Shown here in pieces: positions 9,051-16,517 of a stretch of 42,992 nucleotides of DNA. This DNA is from a virus. Its lineage: Duplodnaviria; Caudoviricetes. The stretch covers positions 1 through 42,992 of IMG/VR virus record IMGVR_UViG_3300022181_000118. One strand, written 5' to 3'. The notes under the pieces are model-generated. The model did no database searches. It was not told the origin of the DNA and saw nothing but the letters and a program-made list of their open reading frames with translations. Each line of letters begins with the position of its first letter. The first letter of the stretch is position 1. The position numbers were made by a program, and so were the translations under genes.

Positions 9051-9458
9051 ATGAGCGCAACTGTAAAACTCACAAAACGCGAAGAGCAGATAGCAGAATT
9101 GCTTGCTTGGGGAGCTGCAAAGAAGGAGGTTCCGGATCTTCTGCCGGTTAAACCCGGAAGAGGACCTATCGCAATCCAAACTGTTGAGAATACAGTGCGC
9201 AATATCTATGAAAAACTGGGTATTCAGAAAGTGAACGAGCTTTCAGCCTGGTATTTCGTGACTCATTTCTCTATACCGGCATCGCTATCACCTCTTAAAA
9301 GGAAGGTTATTTCCATTGTATTACTGCTGATTATCCTGCCAAGTGAATTCTCTTCTCTAAGTTACTTCATTCGCCCTGGATCTAGCAGAAGCAGAATCTG
9401 CAGATCATTCTCGGCCAGGATAAGACGTAAAGACGAATCAACCTTTGAATTAATCTGA
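9051..9458 (+). CDS. LuxR-type HTH regulator with hydrophobic C-terminal segment
   Basis: LTKREEQIAELLAWG....E...TVEN....IYEKLGI. Confidence 0.8.
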   Translation: MSATVKLTKREEQIAELLAWGAAKKEVPDLLPVKPGRGPIAIQTVENTVRNIYEKLGIQKVNELSAWYFVTHFSIPASLSPLKRKVISIVLLLIILPSEFSSLSYFIRPGSSRSRICRSFSARIRRKDESTFELI

Positions 9459-9461
9459 GTT

Positions 9462-9791
9462 ATGACAATCAAGAACAACATAATCACAATGGAGCGACTG
9501 GAGCTTGTGAACATTATGGCAGATGCTTTTGCCATAGGTGCACAGAAGGTGCTGATTGAGACTATGCAGTTAAAACCTTATTTGTCAAAATCAGAAGCTT
9601 ATAAACTTTATGGACGTCGCCTGGTGGACCGGTGGCTGAAGGAAGGTCTCATCAAGCAGATCAAGGATGGCGATTCTAATCATTCCATCCGCATTGACCG
9701 CCTGCAGTTGGAGTCAGTTGCCTCAGCAAGTAACAGAATCTCATTTTATAGACAGAAGGAGTTATGCGAGGAGCAAGGGAGCAAAGGTTAA
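9462..9791 (+). CDS. Excisionase-like winged-HTH DNA-binding protein
   Basis: YLSKSEAYKLYGRRLVDRWLKEGLI; early-operon position. Confidence 0.6.
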   Translation: MTIKNNIITMERLELVNIMADAFAIGAQKVLIETMQLKPYLSKSEAYKLYGRRLVDRWLKEGLIKQIKDGDSNHSIRIDRLQLESVASASNRISFYRQKELCEEQGSKG

Positions 9792-10081
9792 AACTAAGGG
9801 AGTTGTGTTTCTCCTACAAAAACGAACTCTCTCAAGTGGTTAGTCTGCAAGACCAGTACAATCTGATTTATGATGTCCAGCAGCGCGCCAGGGAGGAGTT
9901 CAAAAAGAAGCTTAAGACAAGAGATCTGCTGTATGAGATAGGGAAGATTTTCGGAGTAAGTACTCAGACAATATACCGGGCAAGGGCTGCTGTAAACGCC
10001 TCCAGAACCGGATTGGCACCAAAGAAATATGCAGCAAGAACATTCAGCAATATCAAATACAATAAAAAACGAAGCTTATGA
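9764..10081 (+). CDS. Hypothetical HTH protein
   Basis: EIGKIFGVSTQTIYRA HTH. Confidence 0.6.
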   Translation: MRGAREQRLKLRELCFSYKNELSQVVSLQDQYNLIYDVQQRAREEFKKKLKTRDLLYEIGKIFGVSTQTIYRARAAVNASRTGLAPKKYAARTFSNIKYNKKRSL

Positions 10082-10275
10082 AAACTAAGATTTCAAAAAA
10101 GGCTCTGATGACAATGATTGTAATGCTTTGCATCGCTTTGTCAGTATATGTTCTGAATCAGTGGAGTGGTGAAAACAAGATCACTGCAGGGATGGTATTT
10201 GTGAGCCTGCTGATTCACGTGGCCATCCCTTCATTTTTTGCCTGGACAGTAATCTATAAGAAACTTACAGTTTAA
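10078..10275 (+). CDS. Small two-TM membrane protein
   Basis: Two hydrophobic helices; ATGA overlap with the upstream gene. Confidence 0.65.
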   Translation: MKTKISKKALMTMIVMLCIALSVYVLNQWSGENKITAGMVFVSLLIHVAIPSFFAWTVIYKKLTV

Positions 10276-10285
10276 TTGAAGCCAT

Positions 10286-10543
10286 ATGAAACCAATAAAC
10301 TTTAAAGAGGCTAATACAACTCTTGTGAGACCAAGCACGAGAACTCCAGATGAGTGCTCTCCTCTTCCAGTATTCACAGATGGCCAGCAGACAATATCTT
10401 GTTGGAACCTTTCCTTCAGAGAGAGAATGACAGCTCTTTTGACTGGTAGGGTATGGCTTAGCGTAAAATATGGTGATGTTCAGCCACCGGTAGTTCTTAA
10501 ATGCTCAAAATCATTTTTTAAAACCAATCAACATGGACAGTAA
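10286..10543 (+). CDS. Hypothetical phage protein
   Basis: 85-aa ORF in operon (MKPINF.EAN..C..LPV..ISCW..SFRER..GRVWL pattern). Confidence 0.7.
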   Translation: MKPINFKEANTTLVRPSTRTPDECSPLPVFTDGQQTISCWNLSFRERMTALLTGRVWLSVKYGDVQPPVVLKCSKSFFKTNQHGQ

Positions 10544-10730
10544 ATCTCAACTTAAAATCATTGAATTCGGATTTACAATAATACGAACAGATGATTTTCC
10601 CAACATCAGGATTAAGTATAAGGATGAAGATCACAAAGATTGGTGCACACTAGAGGTGTTTCCCACTAAATCAGCAAGAGATAAGGCTTTTAACGAACTT
10701 CTCGAACAACCACATTTTATCCAGGATTAG
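10533..10730 (+). CDS. Hypothetical phage protein
   Basis: 65-aa ORF overlapping the previous gene. Confidence 0.65.
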   Translation: MDSKSQLKIIEFGFTIIRTDDFPNIRIKYKDEDHKDWCTLEVFPTKSARDKAFNELLEQPHFIQD

Positions 10731-10765
10731 GTCCTTTAATGATGAACAATCAACTATCATTTTTG
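10731..10765 (+). promoter_or_regulatory. GTCCTT-N21-nAnnTTTG promoter, copy 1
   Basis: GTCCTTT at 10731, CATTTTTG at 10758-10765; 35-nt span identical to four other copies. Confidence 0.7.
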
Positions 10766-10769
10766 CAAA

Positions 10770-10837
10770 ACAGGAGATCCGCGAGGACCGGGATGAAAGC
10801 AGACATGTCAGTAACCCCGGCCCCCGGTCTTTATCCC
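10770..10837 (+). ncRNA. Putative structured small RNA or leader upstream of the antirepressor
   Basis: GC-rich island: TCC-GCGA-GGA hairpin; GACCGGG/CCCGGTC stem followed by TTT; alternative GGGATGAAAG/CTTTATCCC pairing. Confidence 0.4.
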
Positions 10838-10855
10838 ATATAAACTTATAAGATT

Positions 10856-11650
10856 ATGAATCAGAAGTACAATTATGATGGGAATGACGTTACCTTCTAT
10901 TTTGGGAATGGTGACGTTATGATTAACGCAACAGAGATGGCCCGGCCATTTGGTAAGCGTGCCGGTGAGTGGCTTAGACTGCCCTCAACAATGAACTTTC
11001 TCTCCGCCTTGGAAGCTATGGGAAAATCCCATAGGTCCAATTTAGTGTCCACAGAGAACGGAATTGGAACCTGGATGCATGAGGATGTCGCGCTTGAATT
11101 TGCCCGATGGCTCTCTCCGATGTTTGCCATCTGGTGTAATGATCGAATCAAGGAGCTGGCCAAGTACGGATTTACAGCCTCTGAGACAAAGATTGAACAG
11201 CTAGTTTCCAATCCGGAGCTGCTGATATCTCTTGCTACTCAGCTGCAGAACGAGAGAAGAGAAAAAAATATGATGCTCCAGCAGAATATGGAGCTAAAAG
11301 AGGTTATTCATTCACAGCAGCCAAGGGTAAGGTTCTCTGAAGCAGTAGAAGCATCATCTACATCAGTATTGGTGAGTGATTTAGCTAAAATTCTCACACA
11401 AAAAGGTGTTGAAATAGGCCAGAACAGACTCTTCAAGATCCTTCGTAGTCGAGGGTATTTACTTAGTAAGGGCGATTATTGGAATCAGCCATCTCAAAAA
11501 GCTATGGAGCAGGGGTTATTCCAGATTAAAAAGCAAACAATTCTAAAACCTGACGGATCTACATTGACTACATCAACGCCAATGGTTACGGGTCGTGGTC
11601 AGGTTTATTTCATTAATAAATTCCTTAAAGAAAACTTTATCACAGTATGA
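10856..11650 (+). CDS. KilA-N domain phage antirepressor with KilAC/ANT C-terminus
   Basis: INATEMARPFGK..WL, GTWMHEDVALEFARWLSP (KilA-N); LAKIL.Q.G..IGQNRLF..VTGRGQVYF (ANT). Confidence 0.92.
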   Translation: MNQKYNYDGNDVTFYFGNGDVMINATEMARPFGKRAGEWLRLPSTMNFLSALEAMGKSHRSNLVSTENGIGTWMHEDVALEFARWLSPMFAIWCNDRIKELAKYGFTASETKIEQLVSNPELLISLATQLQNERREKNMMLQQNMELKEVIHSQQPRVRFSEAVEASSTSVLVSDLAKILTQKGVEIGQNRLFKILRSRGYLLSKGDYWNQPSQKAMEQGLFQIKKQTILKPDGSTLTTSTPMVTGRGQVYFINKFLKENFITV

Positions 11651-11922
11651 GTCCTGTTGTCGCAATAGTGCTAATGATTGGAATCTGCTGGATAACACTT
11701 GCATTAACATGTTTTATGAATACAAAGAAAAGCAGAGTAAGAAGAGAGCTGAAAGAGGCGCTTGAAAATTGCTGGTTTGTGTCAGATAGTGACAAAGACA
11801 AGGCGATAGAGTTGGTTAAATCAAAATTCCCGAGAACAAAATTCTCATTCAAAACTGATTGGCAGCGAACTCAAAAAAACACGATTACGTACGCCAGAGT
11901 AAAGGCGATTATTAATCAATAA
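11647..11922 (+). CDS. Hypothetical protein with N-terminal TM helix
   Basis: 91 aa; ATGA overlap. Confidence 0.6.
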   Translation: MSPVVAIVLMIGICWITLALTCFMNTKKSRVRRELKEALENCWFVSDSDKDKAIELVKSKFPRTKFSFKTDWQRTQKNTITYARVKAIINQ

Positions 11923-11943
11923 TTAACTAAAAACAACTTTAAA

Positions 11944-12186
11944 ATGGAAATTAAACTAGGTGAAAAAGTAAAAGACATCGTTACCGGAATGGAAGGAATT
12001 GCAACAGCAAGAGTTGAATATTTAAACGGTTGTGTTCAATACTGCGTTAGACCTCCTATAGATAAGGATGGAAAACTTCAGGAGTGTATGTACATAGATG
12101 TTCAACAACTTGAAGTCATTGGAGAAGGTGTTACAGTTGGGTCTGTTAGCACAGGTGGCCCTCAAAGAGACTGTCCAAAAGTATAA
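11944..12186 (+). CDS. Hypothetical phage protein (small beta-barrel-like)
   Basis: LGEKVKD..TG..GIA.AR..YLNGC.QY.V.P pattern. Confidence 0.7.
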   Translation: MEIKLGEKVKDIVTGMEGIATARVEYLNGCVQYCVRPPIDKDGKLQECMYIDVQQLEVIGEGVTVGSVSTGGPQRDCPKV

Positions 12187-12205
12187 AGTACTTTGGATAA
12201 ATAAT

Positions 12206-12307
12206 GGAGAGAGTGATGAAACTGGTAGCCATGCCTATGTTGAATAGGTGAAGGAAATAATTCTAGGTAGAAATACTTCGTGCAGGTTCGACTCCTGTCT
12301 CTCTCCC
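12206..12307 (+). tRNA. Non-canonical or degenerate tRNA-like gene (class II-like; anticodon ambiguous, TTG or TGA)
   Basis: GGAGAGAG/CTCTCTCC acceptor stem; D-arm ATG-AAACTGGTAGC-CAT; CCTAT/ATAGG anticodon stem; ~30-nt variable arm; GCAGG-TTCGACT-CCTGT T-arm. Confidence 0.75.
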
Positions 12308-12334
12308 AAATTTTTCATAAATGCCGATTATAAT

Positions 12335-12538
12335 ATGAGAGATATTAAAACAACAATGTACATAATCGTTGATAAGCGTGGTACAGGATATTTGCCAACG
12401 CTAAACTACAAAAGAGGCGATTGTATATCTGGGTTTCTCAGAGACTCTAAGGCAAGCTGGAGTGAGGCAAAAAAATCAGGTTGGAAGTGCAAAAAAGTAG
12501 ATGTAACAATATCCTCTGCTACTCATTATTGGCAGTAA
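12335..12538 (+). CDS. Hypothetical protein (67 aa; start revised from 12248)
   Basis: In-frame ATG at 12335 lies downstream of the tRNA-like element. Confidence 0.55.
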   Translation: MRDIKTTMYIIVDKRGTGYLPTLNYKRGDCISGFLRDSKASWSEAKKSGWKCKKVDVTISSATHYWQ

Positions 12539-12585
12539 TAAGTGTGTAATAATGAATTTTTTAAGAAATCAATAAGAACAAAGCT

Positions 12586-12930
12586 ATGAAGACTTTAGAA
12601 TCAATAAAATCTCAGATTGTTGAGATTGAGAAAAAGTATTTGTTGACAAAAGATAAAAAAGAGCAGAGGGCTTTCTTAAGTGCTCACTCAAAGCTTAAGC
12701 CTGTTTTACTAATCCTTTCAACAGGAATTTCTGAAGAGTCACTAAGAAGGCAGCTTTCCAATGAAGATCAGCGATTAAGTGTTTTCAAACAGAGAATTGA
12801 AAACGAGATAGGTGGACTACCTGAAGGGAAGACATTTTTAAGCTATGAAATTCGCAAAAGGCTTGAGAATGAATACAACATCAAAGATATTGAGTCAAGG
12901 ATTGAGCAATTAAGGGACATTCTGAACTAG
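12586..12930 (+). CDS. Hypothetical coiled-coil protein
   Basis: 114-aa ORF immediately before rep. Confidence 0.65.
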   Translation: MKTLESIKSQIVEIEKKYLLTKDKKEQRAFLSAHSKLKPVLLILSTGISEESLRRQLSNEDQRLSVFKQRIENEIGGLPEGKTFLSYEIRKRLENEYNIKDIESRIEQLRDILN

Positions 12931-12936
12931 TTTATT

Positions 12937-14310
12937 ATGACAATACATTTACCATTTATTGATACAGACAATCATTTTGCAGCTATTATGGCTCTATATG
13001 ATGCGAAATCGGCCGATTACAACGGTATTGTGGCTATTGAGAGGGATAATGGGGATAAGACCAGGAACTTCCTTAAAAGTGCTCACAGAGAGCTTTACCG
13101 GGAGCTGATTTTTTCTCTGAAAGCAAAGATGACTTCAGCCAGGTACATTATGCGAGACGCTCCGGAACTGCTTAAAATGGAGGCTTTTTCGCCCCTTGTG
13201 TTGAACACAAACCGCAAAAGGATGTCTGAGTTCACTAAGAAGTCCGAAGCTACCATTTACCGCCTTACAGAACGTTTAATTGATGCCAAGATTATTCTTG
13301 AGAAGGTAAATCATGGCACTCAGAGAGATTACGAGCTCTTCCTAAATCCCGAAATGGTGCCGGTTTCTGATCATAAAAACGAGGATTTTAATCCACTGCT
13401 CTACATTTTGAAAAACTCAATAGATACAACGATTCAGCAGACATTGCGTTCAATTTGCACGCCATGTTCTAGTAACTTGAACAATCTTAATAAAAAAGTA
13501 ATCACAGGGAACTTTCAGGAACACGAAGAGGTATCGGCTCCGCCGATTGATTTCAATGAACAGACTGGAACTCTCTACGGGAACACAGGAGATCCGCGAG
13601 GGTCGCTCGAGGAGCTCCTCGCCCTGAACATGGCAAAAATTAACACATCGGAAAGTAAGGGAGTGACAACAAACGCTTTCGGAGTGCAGATTTTGCCAAA
13701 AGAGTGTGCAAAAATTAACACATTGGACGAATATGGCCAGAAGATAGAGGCACTTCGAAGGAAGGAAGAGGAGAGAACCAGACGTTATGCCATTATGTTG
13801 GTTGAATTTGTGATATCTGTGCTCTTTAACAGCAGATCTATTTACAAATCAGAGAGGAATAAAGCCTACAAATTTGCAGAATACTACTTCGATAAATTCA
13901 ATTCTGAAACGGATTGTGCAAAAGCCCTGGAACAATACCGGCAACGCGTCCGGTTAGTTGAGCGATATCTTGAAAACAACAAAGCTTTCTCATTCGACAA
14001 CATCTGGCCGGCCAGGTACATGGATCCTGAAAATTATACATCCGGTTTTATCATGACTCAGAAATGGATGAAGAAGCATCAGGACTACCTGGAGCTGCAG
14101 TATAAAACTCGCAAGATCCGGACAGAGCAGCAGATACTTGCATACGCATTGAAACGCTTTGAGCAGAAATATAGAAACGAATCGGCATTTACCTACTGGA
14201 GATCTTATCTGCTGAATAAAGCTCCGGGAAAGATCCAGGAATATGAGCACGCTGCAGTAGCAATATTGCAACAAAAGTCAAGAAAATCGCATAAAACGTC
14301 AATTAATTAG
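12937..14310 (+). CDS. Putative phage replication initiator (winged helix)
   Basis: NRKRMSEFTKKSEATIYRLTERLIDAKII..NHG..YEL wHTH; central linker carrying DNA repeats, as in lambda O. Confidence 0.6.
   Translation: MTIHLPFIDTDNHFAAIMALYDAKSADYNGIVAIERDNGDKTRNFLKSAHRELYRELIFSLKAKMTSARYIMRDAPELLKMEAFSPLVLNTNRKRMSEFTKKSEATIYRLTERLIDAKIILEKVNHGTQRDYELFLNPEMVPVSDHKNEDFNPLLYILKNSIDTTIQQTLRSICTPCSSNLNNLNKKVITGNFQEHEEVSAPPIDFNEQTGTLYGNTGDPRGSLEELLALNMAKINTSESKGVTTNAFGVQILPKECAKINTLDEYGQKIEALRRKEEERTRRYAIMLVEFVISVLFNSRSIYKSERNKAYKFAEYYFDKFNSETDCAKALEQYRQRVRLVERYLENNKAFSFDNIWPARYMDPENYTSGFIMTQKWMKKHQDYLELQYKTRKIRTEQQILAYALKRFEQKYRNESAFTYWRSYLLNKAPGKIQEYEHAAVAILQQKSRKSHKTSIN
13585..13727. repeat. Putative replication origin inside rep
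   Basis: 17-mer ACAGGAGATCCGCGAGG (13585-13601); perfect palindrome CGAGGAGCTCCTCG (13608-13621); direct repeats GCAAAAATTAACACAT at 13633-13648 and 13708-13723. Confidence 0.5.
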
Positions 14311-14327
14311 CCTAAAACGGAAATAAT

Positions 14328-14576
14328 ATGTCAAACTTCGGAAACGAGCAATCAAAATTTAAGATGGTCATTTACATGAAATCAGGGGATCGGCATACAT
14401 TTTATTCCCTTATCAACGAAGAGAAAAAGAGTAATGAAGTGGCATTAAGGGGAATGAAACGCCGGCTTCTTGAGAATAGGTTCAAGGGTAAGTATCAAAC
14501 TGCTTTAATCTATGACAGATTTGCAGATAAGCTTTTAGAAAAATTTATAAACGGTAAAATGGAGGTAGCTTTATGA
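14328..14576 (+). CDS. Hypothetical protein
   Basis: 82-aa ORF coupled to the next gene. Confidence 0.65.
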   Translation: MSNFGNEQSKFKMVIYMKSGDRHTFYSLINEEKKSNEVALRGMKRRLLENRFKGKYQTALIYDRFADKLLEKFINGKMEVAL

Positions 14577-15052
14577 TTACAACAAAGATTCAGATTCTGC
14601 AGCATCTAGCTGAGTACATCATCGGTAAGTATGGTGCCAGGATGAATAATCCGGTTTCTTTACCTGATAACATTCCATTGTATCATTTCGTATGGGATAT
14701 AATGAGTAAGAGACCAGATGACAAGCAGATTGATTCTGGTAATGTTGAGCTTGTTTTGCCGGATAGGAGAGAGGGTAAGAATCCTCGTGTTTACAACTAT
14801 ATATCAGATCGGGGAGTAAGAGTCATACAATACAAGATAGCTACAATGTTGTGGACTGAGCTTCATGAAGATTTGGACCATAATAAGCATCGTTTGGGAA
14901 TTGAATACATCGATACTGTGCATATCTTCTGCAACAAGTATAATATCACCGGTATAAGTGAAGATGCCATGTTAAAGAACTATTACAGGTGGAGAAATGC
15001 AACCAGGCGCAGAAATAAGGAAAAACGAAATTACTTCCGCCAAAATTCTTAA
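14573..15052 (+). CDS. Hypothetical basic protein, candidate late-gene activator
   Basis: Last early gene before the structural module; C-terminal FCNKYNI..ISEDAMLKNYYRWR HTH-like segment; function is a positional inference. Confidence 0.5.
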   Translation: MITTKIQILQHLAEYIIGKYGARMNNPVSLPDNIPLYHFVWDIMSKRPDDKQIDSGNVELVLPDRREGKNPRVYNYISDRGVRVIQYKIATMLWTELHEDLDHNKHRLGIEYIDTVHIFCNKYNITGISEDAMLKNYYRWRNATRRRNKEKRNYFRQNS

Positions 15053-15098
15053 AAAATATTTGTACGACTTGGTGTATCATTTTGTCCGTTTTGAGTGA

Positions 15099-15131
15099 CA
15101 AAACTGCATCAAAACTGCATCAAAAGTGCAC
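15099..15131. repeat. Three tandem 11-bp repeats (CAAAACTGCAT, CAAAACTGCAT, CAAAAGTGCAC)
   Basis: Read directly at 15099, 15110 and 15121. Confidence 0.8.
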
Positions 15132-15153
15132 ACTCTTTAAAAATCAGATAGTT

Positions 15154-15540
15154 ATGAATGAAAATTTTGACCAATTAGGCAATAAAATATCAATTGTACC
15201 CCTAAGAGATGTTCAAAGTATCTCTGGGAACAATTTCACCTTATCAACTTATCAGAACTTAAGATCATATTTTACAATGAATGATCTGAACCTGGATCAA
15301 AAATCAAATCCAACAGATGCCGGAGATCTTTACCTCCAGAATTTAACTGCCATCGTAAAAAAAAATGATGAATTATTGAGGTTTAGAGGTCAGGACCTGA
15401 TGATCATCCTCTATTCACTAAAAGATAAAACTTTTGTTTGGGGATCAAAAGAATTCCCGGTAAAATGCAAAATAACCCCTCAGGTTTCAACTTCTAGTGT
15501 TGAGCTGACAAGATCCTCTCCATTCCCTTTGGAATTTTAG
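15154..15540 (+). CDS. Small tail-tube-like paralogue (128 aa; start revised from 15082)
   Basis: In-frame ATG at 15154; visible similarity to the core of 18598..19572. Confidence 0.55.
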   Translation: MNENFDQLGNKISIVPLRDVQSISGNNFTLSTYQNLRSYFTMNDLNLDQKSNPTDAGDLYLQNLTAIVKKNDELLRFRGQDLMIILYSLKDKTFVWGSKEFPVKCKITPQVSTSSVELTRSSPFPLEF

Positions 15541-15545
15541 ATTCA

Positions 15546-15580
15546 GTCCTTTACACATATATATGAGTGCAGCATATTTG
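15546..15580 (+). promoter_or_regulatory. GTCCTT-N21-nAnnTTTG promoter, copy 2 (head genes)
   Basis: GTCCTTT at 15546, CATATTTG at 15573-15580. Confidence 0.75.
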
Positions 15581-15594
15581 TAAAAACAACAGAT

Positions 15595-16506
15595 ATGCTG
15601 CAATCGTATTTGGACCAAACGCTCAGCTTCTTTCGCTTAGCGCCTTTAATAATTTCTAAAGACTCTTTCGACGAGTTTCTAGTAAGGTTTGATTGTTTCG
15701 TGAAAAACAACTCAGAACCGGAGAAGTATTCAGAATTTGTCAACGAACAGATTAAATCATACCAGGAGAATAATGAATCAATCTTCATAACATCAGATTA
15801 TGAAGATAGATCTATACCCGAAAGTATAGCAGTTCATTTCATTGATGGTTTCATAGCCCATGATAAAAACTGGTGGTACTGTTCAACAGAGCAGTTGCTT
15901 GAGGATATAGAGACGGCAGAGGAAAATGAAAAGATCATCGCTCATGTTTTAATCATCAATTCTCCAGGAGGCGAAAGCTACGGACTTGAGAAGGTAAATG
16001 AGAGATTGCGTTCTCTGGATAAACCCATCCTGGTTGCAGTCAAGAAAATCATGGCCAGTGCAGGTGTTTACATAGGATCTGCCGGTGACAGAGTTTATTG
16101 CCTTAATAAGTTTGACATAGTAGGATCAATTGGAACAATGATCTCTTATTGGGATAGCAAGAAGGCTCTCGAACAGTATGGTTATATTCTGAGAGAGGCC
16201 TATGCAACAAAGAGTACTCATAAGAATAAGCTTACTAATGACGTGAGCGAAGGCAAAACAGAGGAATTCATTAAACGGTTTCTGGATCCGGTGCAAGAAG
16301 AATTTGAAAAAGCCATTCGAGCATCCCGACCAAACACATCCAAGGCTCCTGAAGAGTCACATCTCTTCAATGGAGAGATCTACTACGCTGAAGAAGCAAT
16401 GCAATATGGACTCATTGATGGGATCAAGAACATTGATGAAATTCTTCAGGAAGCATTTAAACTCGGTAAAGAGTATCAGACAAGAAGCAAAATTTCAATC
16501 ACTTAA
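15595..16506 (+). CDS. S49 (SppA/ClpP-like) prohead protease
   Basis: INSPGG, MASAGVYIGS, VGSIG motifs; directly upstream of the capsid gene. Confidence 0.88.
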   Translation: MLQSYLDQTLSFFRLAPLIISKDSFDEFLVRFDCFVKNNSEPEKYSEFVNEQIKSYQENNESIFITSDYEDRSIPESIAVHFIDGFIAHDKNWWYCSTEQLLEDIETAEENEKIIAHVLIINSPGGESYGLEKVNERLRSLDKPILVAVKKIMASAGVYIGSAGDRVYCLNKFDIVGSIGTMISYWDSKKALEQYGYILREAYATKSTHKNKLTNDVSEGKTEEFIKRFLDPVQEEFEKAIRASRPNTSKAPEESHLFNGEIYYAEEAMQYGLIDGIKNIDEILQEAFKLGKEYQTRSKISIT

Positions 16507-16517
16507 TTTCTAAAGAC

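Noticed and set aside
12248-12334. N-terminal part of the 96-aa ORF in the track
   Set aside because: Overlaps the tRNA-like element; ATG 12335 is the more plausible start
15082-15153. TTG-start extension of the 152-aa ORF
   Set aside because: Runs through the 11-bp repeat array; ATG 15154 has better context
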